DNA of 64,000 nt from Candidatus Iainarchaeum sp. (lineage in GTDB: Archaea; Iainarchaeota; Iainarchaeia; Iainarchaeales; DTGL01), in assembly GCA_026413945.1 (NCBI GenBank), contig JAOAJX010000005.1, positions 1-64,000 of the forward strand, written 5' to 3'. The position numbers and the translations under genes are program-made. Positions 1 to 8,629 of this stretch are shown here, one piece after another. The notes beneath the pieces are model-generated. The model did not search any database, was not told the DNA's origin, and worked only from the letters and a program-made list of their open reading frames with translations. How positions within the stretch are numbered: position 1 is the stretch's first letter; the number at the start of each line of letters is the position of its first letter.

Positions 1-2
1 CT

Positions 3-881
3 CCAACACCTACTCCAACACCGAGCCCCGGTGGCGGTGGCGGAGGTGGAGGCGGTACTTATTATACACAAGTTTGCGGAGATAAAATCTGTGATGCTTA
101 CAAAGAGAACTATTGTAACTGCCCTTCTGACTGTGGCAAGCCATTCTGTGCAACTTGTACTGAGCTTGTTTGTGAGAATGGTAGCCCGAAATGCAAGGCA
201 ATTACACCTTGTGTAGGAAATCGCATCTGTGAAGAAGGTGAAAATTACGAAAATGCCCCAAGCGACTGTGTGCAGCCATTTGTCCCAGTAGAAAGACCAT
301 CTTTCTGTGGTGATGGCACATGTAACCCATGGGAAAACTGCTCAACGTGTGCTGCTGATTGTGCTTGTGAATTCGGAAAGACCTGCATAGATGGCGTTTG
401 CGTAAGAGCTCCTTACTGTGGCGACTTTATCTGCCAGCAGGACGAATCTTATGAGACTTGTCCACAAGATTGCCCTGCGCCGGCAGCAACACAGCCACCT
501 ACACCAACTTTCCCACAAAGAACACCAACACCAACAGTAGCAGGACCAACAGGATTCTTCGGCCTCGGAGCTTTAGGAGACGCATTTGGTTTGCTCTTAC
601 TTTTACTAGTACTGCTATTAATAATACTTAGCCAAACCATATTCCTCGAAACAGAGACCACAACAACAACACTTACTTTGAAAGCAAAAAATTTGCTTGG
701 AAAGCCCATGGATGAAGCAGAGATAAAAGTTCTCAAGGATGGCGAGCCGCATTCAACTAAAGTCACAGGCGAAGACGGTAAAGCAACATTCCTGTTAGGC
801 GAAGGTGAATACAAAATTAAAGCAAAGAAAGGGCGCATAAAGAGAAACTTTATCCCAAAAACAGTAAGAATCGGTGAATAA
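3..881 (+). CDS. Cys-rich membrane-anchored surface protein, 5'-partial
   Basis: The frame is open from nt 3 (PTPTPSPGGGGGGGG...) into the 270..881 ORF. It has four C(G/V)x(D/N)xxC...E...P.DC-type repeats, a Pro/Thr linker, one TM helix and a C-terminal beta-sandwich-like domain. Confidence 0.8.
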   Translation, partial: PTPTPTPSPGGGGGGGGGTYYTQVCGDKICDAYKENYCNCPSDCGKPFCATCTELVCENGSPKCKAITPCVGNRICEEGENYENAPSDCVQPFVPVERPSFCGDGTCNPWENCSTCAADCACEFGKTCIDGVCVRAPYCGDFICQQDESYETCPQDCPAPAATQPPTPTFPQRTPTPTVAGPTGFFGLGALGDAFGLLLLLLVLLLIILSQTIFLETETTTTTLTLKAKNLLGKPMDEAEIKVLKDGEPHSTKVTGEDGKATFLLGEGEYKIKAKKGRIKRNFIPKTVRIGE

Positions 882-895
882 TAAAAGCGCCCCTG

Positions 896-920
896 CCTTT
901 TTCTTTTTTTTCCATTTTTT
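896..920 (+). terminator. Probable oligo(T) archaeal terminator
   Basis: Consecutive T runs (CCTTTTTCTTTTTTTTCCATTTTTT) just after the stop at 881. Confidence 0.5.
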
Positions 921-986
921 CACCGGCAATTACCTCTAAAAAATATTAAAGCCACTCTTTAGTCAAAATTATTTTGGGTGGTTTAA

Positions 987-1241
987 TTGAACAAACCTGT
1001 AAAAAAGCTTACTGTTGGTAGCATACAAGTTGCATCATGGCTAAATGAAGGTAAAAGCGGGAACTTCTATACCTTCACAATCTCCAGGCGTTTTAAGGAT
1101 GAAAAAGACTCCTGGCAAAGTTCAAATTCGTTGCGTCTAAGCGACCTTCCTAAAGCAATATTTGCACTTCAAGAAGCCTACAGGCAATTTGCTCTAAAGG
1201 AGTTCTCACAATTAGAAAATGATTTGGACATTAAAAAATAA
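987..1241 (+). CDS. Small putative nucleic-acid-binding protein (PC4/SSB-like signature)
   Basis: TTG start after a GGTGG SD. Pattern VG.I....W.N.....FYT.TI.RRFKD....W....SL...DLP followed by a helix. Confidence 0.6.
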   Translation: MNKPVKKLTVGSIQVASWLNEGKSGNFYTFTISRRFKDEKDSWQSSNSLRLSDLPKAIFALQEAYRQFALKEFSQLENDLDIKK

Positions 1242-1288
1242 ATAAGGCTGCGGTGAATTTTTAATTAAATTGATTTTTTCTTTCATTT

Positions 1289-3400
1289 ATGCAAAAATCA
1301 CTAAATAAAAATGAGGAAATAGAAAAAATTGTGCTCAAGGCAAACTCATTTGAAAGCTTCAATCCGCTGCAAGAAAAAGTACTTAAAGAGGATTGGGCAA
1401 ACTCTTGTTTAGTTGTAAGTGCACCAACTGCAAGCGGAAAGACTATTGTTGCCGAACTCTGTGCACTTAACTGCCTATTGAAAAAAAATATGAAGGTTGT
1501 TTACACAGCACCACTGAAAGCATTAGCTGCTGAGCATTACAAGGATTGGAAGAAAAAATATTCTGATTTAGGAATTAAAGTTGCTATAAGCACTGGCGAC
1601 TTTGATTCAAGCTCACATTATTTATCAAAATACGACTGGATAGTTACCACTAATGAAAAACTTGACTCATTGATAACACACCGTGCCGACTGGCTTTCGA
1701 GAGTTGGGCTTCTTATTGTTGATGAAATACATGAGATTGGTAGCACAAGGGGCGCTACCATAGAAGCAGCTATAATAAAGATGCTTCAGCTAAATGAAAA
1801 ACTTCAAATAATTTCACTTAGCGCTACGATACCTAACGCTGACAACATTGCTTCTTGGCTCAACGCAAAACTTATTTTAAGCGACTATAGACCTGTAAAG
1901 CTAATGGAAGGCGTACTTCTTGATGAAGAAATATTTTTTTCAAAAGAAACAATTAAATTGGATACTCAAGATATCGAAGGTCTTATCTTAGATACGCTTG
2001 CACAGAAAAAACAGATATTAATTTTCATGCTAACAAGAAAAAAGACAGAGCAAATGTGTGAAAAAATAGCAGATATTGTTGATAAAAAACTATTTCCAAG
2101 AGAAAAACTTTATTTAAAAAACATCGCCCACAAGATTGAGAATGTCTTGGAAAATCCAACAGAACAATGTAGAAATCTTGCAAAGTTAGTCTCAAGAGGC
2201 ATAGCTTTTCACCACGCCGGCTTAATGCCAAAGCAAAGAGAAATTATAGAAGATGCTTTCAGGGAAGGCAAAATCAAAGCAATTGTTGCCACAACCACGC
2301 TTGCTATGGGTATAAATCTGCCAGCTTTCAGGGTTTTTATACCTTCATTGTACAGATACACCGAGTTTGGTATGCAAAAAATACCCGTTTCAGAATATAA
2401 GCAACTCGCAGGCAGAGCCGGCAGACCCAAATATGACTCTTTAGGCCAGGCAATTACTCTTGCAAAGAGCGAAGATGAAAAAGAAGAAATAATAAACAAT
2501 TATATAAAAGGCAACCCAGAACCCATAGAATCAAATCTTGCCTATGAACCAGTTCTTAGGACACAGGTCCTTTCAATAATAGCAAGCAATATTGCAAACA
2601 AACCAAACTCCATTGAAAGTTTTTTCCAAAAAAGTTTCTATTTTTACCAATACGGTAACACACAAGCTCTTAATAAAAAAGTTAAATCAATATTACAAGA
2701 TCTTATAAGCTATGATTTTGTTTTTCAAGACAAAGAGAGGTTTATTGCAACACCCTTGGGTGAAAGGGTTGCTGAGCTATACTTAGACCCAGAAAGCGCT
2801 TATCGTATGATGCAGCACCTAACTTCAAACATGACGGAATTGAAAGCTTTGTATTGCATTGTTGAAGCAACAGAATTTGGCTCATACCCAAAAATAACCA
2901 ACTCAAAAAAAGAATCTCTTTTCCAAGAATTCCTTGCTAGAGAAAATGAGCTCAGGCTAGATGCAATGAAAACATATTTCACAGATGAGTTTGCACTAGA
3001 AAAGTTTAATGCTTCGCTGCTATTAAGCAACTGGATAAATGAGGTTAGTGAGCAACAGATAATGGATGAATTCAATGTTGAGCCTGGCGTACTGCACTCA
3101 AAGCTTATGATTTGTGATTGGCTATCTTATTCAGCAGCCGAATTGGCAAAGCTTATGGGCTTAAAAGAAAACGCTTTCTTTATGGAAAAAATAAGGAAAA
3201 GGCTCCAAAGCGGCATAAGAGAAGAACTCATTCCTTTAGTGCAATTGCGCGGAATAGGGCGCGTAAGAGCTAGGAAGCTTTACAGAAATGGCATACGTTC
3301 CATATCTGATCTTAAAAAAGCCCACGCTTCTGATATTGCAAAAATAATTGGTGAAAAAGTAGCGCTAAACATTAAATCGCAACTAGGTAAATTGGAATAA
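1289..3400 (+). CDS. hel308: Ski2-like SF2 DNA helicase Hel308/Hjm
   Basis: APTASGKT, DEIH, SAT, FHHAGL and QLAGRAGRP motifs; C-terminal HhH (LRGIGRVRARKLY). Confidence 0.93.
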   Translation: MQKSLNKNEEIEKIVLKANSFESFNPLQEKVLKEDWANSCLVVSAPTASGKTIVAELCALNCLLKKNMKVVYTAPLKALAAEHYKDWKKKYSDLGIKVAISTGDFDSSSHYLSKYDWIVTTNEKLDSLITHRADWLSRVGLLIVDEIHEIGSTRGATIEAAIIKMLQLNEKLQIISLSATIPNADNIASWLNAKLILSDYRPVKLMEGVLLDEEIFFSKETIKLDTQDIEGLILDTLAQKKQILIFMLTRKKTEQMCEKIADIVDKKLFPREKLYLKNIAHKIENVLENPTEQCRNLAKLVSRGIAFHHAGLMPKQREIIEDAFREGKIKAIVATTTLAMGINLPAFRVFIPSLYRYTEFGMQKIPVSEYKQLAGRAGRPKYDSLGQAITLAKSEDEKEEIINNYIKGNPEPIESNLAYEPVLRTQVLSIIASNIANKPNSIESFFQKSFYFYQYGNTQALNKKVKSILQDLISYDFVFQDKERFIATPLGERVAELYLDPESAYRMMQHLTSNMTELKALYCIVEATEFGSYPKITNSKKESLFQEFLARENELRLDAMKTYFTDEFALEKFNASLLLSNWINEVSEQQIMDEFNVEPGVLHSKLMICDWLSYSAAELAKLMGLKENAFFMEKIRKRLQSGIREELIPLVQLRGIGRVRARKLYRNGIRSISDLKKAHASDIAKIIGEKVALNIKSQLGKLE

Positions 3401-3567
3401 CAGAAGCATTGATAATACAAAACAAACCAAACTTACGGATTTTTAAGATAAAAGAAAAGTTTATTAACCACTAAAAACATTAGAATTACAATTAGAGAAT
3501 TAAATTAAACAATTAAACACATAAATAATTAATTTGAGTTGAGCTTGTGTAGAAAGAAGGTGCTTTT

Positions 3568-6500
3568 ATGTCCATAAAAGAAAAAATAAAATCATTCTAT
3601 TACATTTTTGAGGATCGTTACTATGATGTGCTCGACCGTATAAACAAAGTCATTCCGGTTTACAAGGTAATAGATCCAATAGATAGGCATTTTCCATCCT
3701 TCATACTTTTCATCCTTCTCTTGGTTTTCCTTTTAACTTGGTTTTTCATCCTTCCAGCTTTACGCCCACCTCAAGAATACGACTTTATTACACACATAGA
3801 GGTATTGGATAATGAAACAAAAAGCCCTATAAGTGGCGCTGATGTAATTATTAAGTTGGCAAGCATTGAAGGGGCAGATCAGCTTAATAAAGCTACGGAT
3901 TCTAAGGGCATTGCAACATTCAGCTTTAAAACAAAGCGTAAACTTGAATCAGTTGAGGCAAAGATTTCAATTTCAAAGAAAGACAGCAACTACGATGAAA
4001 TAAAAAACAAAGATGTTGTTCTTGTTAATTCAGAAAAAAAGGTTTTCTCATTAAGAAAGCCAGGTCTTGTTTTCAAGGGTGCTATTGAGATCCACATTTT
4101 GAAAGACGCGGTCGGCAGCGAAGCAATAAGAGATCGCCAGATAATAATAACATTTTCTTGCCAACGTGGCAGCCCCCCAGCAAATATAAACAGACATGGC
4201 AGTGAGCAGCCATTTAAGGTAGAAAGACCACTTGGCTGCGAAGGCCTAAGTGCAACGGCATCAGCACAGGGCTTTAACCCAGCAACTCTTTCTCTGGAAA
4301 ATAAAGAAATAGCCATATTTAAGCTTACACCCATACAACAAATTGAAGAAAAAGGCATACTTGAAGTTACAGTTAATGAGCACAACGATTCTCTAGCAAA
4401 GGACGTAGTTGTCAGGGTTTACGATGCTACAACAAGCAGCCTGGTTACACAAAAGACAACTACGGAAACAGGCACAGCTCTTTTTGAGGCACTTAAAGCA
4501 GGTTACTATGATGTTAGCGCAATAGCTTCAGACAACAGGACCACATCTAAACAGAATGTCCGCGTAATAGCCAATGAAAAAACACAGGTTGGCTTAAAGC
4601 TGACTAAGCCTGAGCCGAGAATTAACTATAAATTGTTTTTTAAGGTGATTGACTCAAACTCAAGAGCAATCATTCCGGATGCAGAAATAATAATTTATAT
4701 GGATCAATTTTACGTAGCATCAGTACAATCTGATGGAAACGGTTTAGTTTCATATACTGTAAGTGAAGCTGACAGGAACAAATCTTTCAAGATAATAGTC
4801 AGGCATCCAAATTACTCGGTTTTGACAATATCAGTCCCAGTGCTTGAGATCAGCGCATCAACACCAACAGAAATAGAGCTTATGGCACTTGCAGAATATG
4901 AGACAACTTACTTGCCTGTAGCAATAATTAAGGCAAACAAATACTATGGCAGTGTGCCACTCACCGTTGAGTTTGACGCATCACAAAGCTTTGATCCAGA
5001 TGGCACAATAAAGAGCTACGAATGGGACTTTGGAGATGGAAATAAAGAAACTGGTGTTGCAAGAGTGCACACATATGCTTCCAAAGGAATATATTTTGTA
5101 AAGCTTCGCGTAAAAGATGAGAGCAACCTTTTGGGTGAAACAAGTACAATTATACAAGTTGGTCTTGAAAGCTATGCGCCAGTTCCAATAATACTCGCTG
5201 ACAAATATTATGGTGAGTTACCATTAACAATATCTTTTGATGGTTCTTCAAGCTTTGACCCTGATGGCACAATAGGAAAGTATACTTGGAAATTCTGTGA
5301 TGGCAATACTTCAAATGAAAAAAAGCCAATACACACATATTACAAACCTGGTAATTATGTAGTATCTCTAACCGTAGAAGACAATCAGGGAAAGACCTCT
5401 ATAGCATACCAGCTGATCCAAGTCAGAAAAAAGCCAGATATTTCTGAGCTTTATGCACCAATCGCTATTTTTTCAGCAGACAAATATTTTGGTGTGCCAC
5501 CTTTGACAGTGTCATTTGACGCATCACAAAGCTTTGATCCAGACGGAACAATAAAGAGCTACGCATGGGACTTTGGAGATGGCACCACAGCAACAGGGAA
5601 GATTGCAGCGCACATATTTACAAACAAAGGCATCTATCTTGTAAAGCTGCGCGTAACAGATCAAAATGATATTTCTGGAGAATCTAGCATAGTAATTCAA
5701 GTTGGGCTTGATAGTTATAGACCTATTTCTATAATAAGAGCAGACAGATATGCGGGCAAAGCACCATTAACCGTTCATTTCGATGGCTCTTACAGCTTTG
5801 ATCCAGATGGCACAATAGTTAGTTATCTCTGGGAATTTGATGATGGTAACACAGCCAAAGGCCCAACTACAACACGCACCTTTGAAAAAGAAGGCATCTA
5901 CAAAGTTTCACTAACTGTAATAGACAATAACAATAAATCAGACGAGACTGAAATTTATATACAAGTAGGAAAAATCCCAGTGATTACAATTGGAAAGGTT
6001 TTGGTTAGGGTTATAGACCTGCAAGGTAAGCCTGTAAGCGGTGCAGCTGTTTACCTATACAGAGAGGACTTGCCTTTTACTCTAAACACACCAGGATATG
6101 CTATCTACACCGATGCAAATGGCCAGTATCTCTATGACTGTGTAGAGCCAAGTATAAAAGCCTATTATGCAAAAGCACTAAAGGACAATCTCTTCGGAGA
6201 ATCAAACCGTGAGCTTGTCTCAGCAGGAATGCTCGTCACTTTAACAATAGTGATGTCAGAAGATTATGGTGAGATTGAAGCAATTGTTGTAGATCAGAAC
6301 GAAAATAAGATTTCGGGTGCTGATGTAATAATATATAATGAAATAGGCACCATTGAAGCAAGATGCAAAACAGGTCTAACAGGAACTTGCAACTCAGGGC
6401 CAATAAAAGCAGGTAAAATGGTTTATTTGGCTGCTTCAAAGGAGAATTACATAAGCTCTTATAGTGAGCAGTTTCAGGTTATAGCAAAGAACTTGCACTC

Positions 6501-8625
6501 TATTAAGCTTGTTTTGTACCCTAAAGGACCCGACTCAGGCATTGAAATGAGTTTTGTTGATATATGCAACGACTGGCAGTGCAAAGAAACAGTTTCAGTG
6601 ATTGCATCTGACACAAATTCAGAGAGATATTACTACGCAAAATTCTACCTTAAACTGTTTGCAAACGAGAGCACGAACATTTATTCCTACCTTAGAGCTG
6701 GACTTGAAAGCCAGGAATCAATAGCAGTTGAGAATTACAAGATAAGAATAATGGAAGTTAGAGCTCCAGGCTCAAAAATTTTCTATGCCACTTGCTATAA
6801 TCCATCAAACAAGTATGAAATAAAAACAAACTGCATAGCAGGCATAAACTCCGGCTCAAAAATGGTTTTATTGCAATGGAATAAGCTTTCTGGTCAAAAT
6901 GGTGTGATTGTACCAATAATGTTAAAGTTTGGTGTAGAAAAAGGCCTTGGCACAAACGAAAAGCTTGAACTAAGGTATGCTGCTAAAGCAATACAGTTTA
7001 GTACTGAACGCAAAACAGATGAAAAATTACTCACTTTGATCATAGGAGATCACATTTGCACAGAAAAGAAAATAAACTGGCACTTCAAGCTATATTCTGG
7101 TAACAACCTAGTTAAAGATGGGCTCACTGAAAAGTTTGCAACAGACCTTAACCTAAGCAAAGAATATATGCTCCATTACTCTATAAAAAATTGCACTGAG
7201 ATTGATTACACTGGATCAAAACTCGAGGTGTGGGATGAGAATGTAGCAAATGCAATTTCTTTCCCAGATTTCACAACACCCAAACCACACACTTTATACG
7301 CAAGCATCCCTTCTTTGAAGCCAGGTCAAACCTTAGAAGACAAAGTAAAAATAAAAGCAGCAAATATCGCTGAATTTACAAGAGTTTTGTTTAAGCTTTC
7401 AAAAGGTGCTGATATTCCAGTTAATGGCACCACAAAAGTTCTTTTTAGAATAATTTCTACAAAAGAAATGAGATTTGAAGGTTTGCCTCAAAGTTTGCCC
7501 CCCAACATTATTATAAACATCACAGGTTATCTAAAAGATTCAGGCACGGGTGGTGGAGTTGCAAATGCAACAGTGGAGGTTTCACTCAATGATGTTGTGC
7601 TTGGTACTATTACCACTGAAGCCAATGGGCGCTTTACATATGTGCAGCCGTCAGGAACCGCACTGCCAAAACCAAACGATGTTGTGAAGCTAAAAGGGAC
7701 CCATACTGATTATGCGCCAGCATTTGCCTCTATACCTGTTAGACAAGGTGGTGCTGTAGGAATATCATGCATAACAATAAAGCCTTCTGAGCCAATAAAG
7801 CTAAATAAAGGCGATTCAAGCAAGGTTATAGTAATTACTAAAAAATGCCCTGAAGGTGTAGCAGTTAAACTTGAATCATCACTTTCTTTGTCACAGAAAG
7901 AGTTTACTATGGGTACAGACGAAACAAAAGAAGTTCCTTTTACGGCAAGTGGTACAACAGTATCTCAAGGAATTTATCCAATATATGCAAGTGCGAGATT
8001 TATCAGCGCTTCAACATATAAAAATATTGGCATAGTGGACGTCATAGTAAATGATCCGAACTCCTGCTTTGTTATGGAGAATTACATTTATGATATGAAA
8101 AGCGGCAGAGCCACGGGCATAATAAAGAATAAATGCTTATACCCAAATAATGATCCAGACATGCCTCTAATAACAATAGCTAACAATGCAGTTGAGCTTA
8201 AATATGCTGATAAACCAGTGAGCATCACATTTAAGTGGCGTATCAAGTCAGAAGCCTTGGAAAATGGAGCAAAAAGCATAAACATTACCTCTTATGAAGC
8301 AACATCTACAATTAATCTTACAACTACTTATATTGCCGATTTGGCAGAATTCAATGCTGAGGATTACATAAAAGGCAATGCTTCAAAAGGCGTAAAAGGT
8401 TTAAAACAAGCGCCAGGGTATAGCGGCGGCAAACTATGCAATGTTAAGTTTGTGCCAGAAAGCGACGATAGCCGCGTGCTTGTTTGGATTGAAGGCACAA
8501 AAGTAATGGGTAGATTTATTGGCGAGCGTGAGGAACGCGGTGAATACAGCTTTACCTTAATAAACAAGGGTGTGAAGAACACAATGTATACTTTCATCGG
8601 TATTGATGATTATATAACAAGGTGA
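3568..8625 (+). CDS. Giant N-terminally anchored surface protein with carboxypeptidase-regulatory-like domains and four PKD domains (1685 aa)
   Basis: TM near aa 45-63; four FD(A/G)S.SFDPDGTI..Y.W.F.DG...H.Y/F...G.Y.V.L.V repeats; several GA.V...TD..G beta-sandwich motifs. Confidence 0.85.
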   Translation: MSIKEKIKSFYYIFEDRYYDVLDRINKVIPVYKVIDPIDRHFPSFILFILLLVFLLTWFFILPALRPPQEYDFITHIEVLDNETKSPISGADVIIKLASIEGADQLNKATDSKGIATFSFKTKRKLESVEAKISISKKDSNYDEIKNKDVVLVNSEKKVFSLRKPGLVFKGAIEIHILKDAVGSEAIRDRQIIITFSCQRGSPPANINRHGSEQPFKVERPLGCEGLSATASAQGFNPATLSLENKEIAIFKLTPIQQIEEKGILEVTVNEHNDSLAKDVVVRVYDATTSSLVTQKTTTETGTALFEALKAGYYDVSAIASDNRTTSKQNVRVIANEKTQVGLKLTKPEPRINYKLFFKVIDSNSRAIIPDAEIIIYMDQFYVASVQSDGNGLVSYTVSEADRNKSFKIIVRHPNYSVLTISVPVLEISASTPTEIELMALAEYETTYLPVAIIKANKYYGSVPLTVEFDASQSFDPDGTIKSYEWDFGDGNKETGVARVHTYASKGIYFVKLRVKDESNLLGETSTIIQVGLESYAPVPIILADKYYGELPLTISFDGSSSFDPDGTIGKYTWKFCDGNTSNEKKPIHTYYKPGNYVVSLTVEDNQGKTSIAYQLIQVRKKPDISELYAPIAIFSADKYFGVPPLTVSFDASQSFDPDGTIKSYAWDFGDGTTATGKIAAHIFTNKGIYLVKLRVTDQNDISGESSIVIQVGLDSYRPISIIRADRYAGKAPLTVHFDGSYSFDPDGTIVSYLWEFDDGNTAKGPTTTRTFEKEGIYKVSLTVIDNNNKSDETEIYIQVGKIPVITIGKVLVRVIDLQGKPVSGAAVYLYREDLPFTLNTPGYAIYTDANGQYLYDCVEPSIKAYYAKALKDNLFGESNRELVSAGMLVTLTIVMSEDYGEIEAIVVDQNENKISGADVIIYNEIGTIEARCKTGLTGTCNSGPIKAGKMVYLAASKENYISSYSEQFQVIAKNLHSIKLVLYPKGPDSGIEMSFVDICNDWQCKETVSVIASDTNSERYYYAKFYLKLFANESTNIYSYLRAGLESQESIAVENYKIRIMEVRAPGSKIFYATCYNPSNKYEIKTNCIAGINSGSKMVLLQWNKLSGQNGVIVPIMLKFGVEKGLGTNEKLELRYAAKAIQFSTERKTDEKLLTLIIGDHICTEKKINWHFKLYSGNNLVKDGLTEKFATDLNLSKEYMLHYSIKNCTEIDYTGSKLEVWDENVANAISFPDFTTPKPHTLYASIPSLKPGQTLEDKVKIKAANIAEFTRVLFKLSKGADIPVNGTTKVLFRIISTKEMRFEGLPQSLPPNIIINITGYLKDSGTGGGVANATVEVSLNDVVLGTITTEANGRFTYVQPSGTALPKPNDVVKLKGTHTDYAPAFASIPVRQGGAVGISCITIKPSEPIKLNKGDSSKVIVITKKCPEGVAVKLESSLSLSQKEFTMGTDETKEVPFTASGTTVSQGIYPIYASARFISASTYKNIGIVDVIVNDPNSCFVMENYIYDMKSGRATGIIKNKCLYPNNDPDMPLITIANNAVELKYADKPVSITFKWRIKSEALENGAKSINITSYEATSTINLTTTYIADLAEFNAEDYIKGNASKGVKGLKQAPGYSGGKLCNVKFVPESDDSRVLVWIEGTKVMGRFIGEREERGEYSFTLINKGVKNTMYTFIGIDDYITR
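4972..5582 (+). repeat. Intragenic direct repeat between PKD1 and PKD3 (4972-5039 and 5515-5582)
   Basis: 68-nt copies TTTGACGCATCACAAAGCTTTGATCCAGA...GGGACTTTGGAGATGG, with 3 mismatches counted by eye and a 543-nt offset. Confidence 0.8.
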
Positions 8626-8629
8626 GATA

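Noticed and set aside
4972-5582. DGR template/variable repeat pair
   Set aside because: No reverse transcriptase is present, both copies are in-frame PKD coding sequence, and the mismatches are not adenine-specific to one copy.
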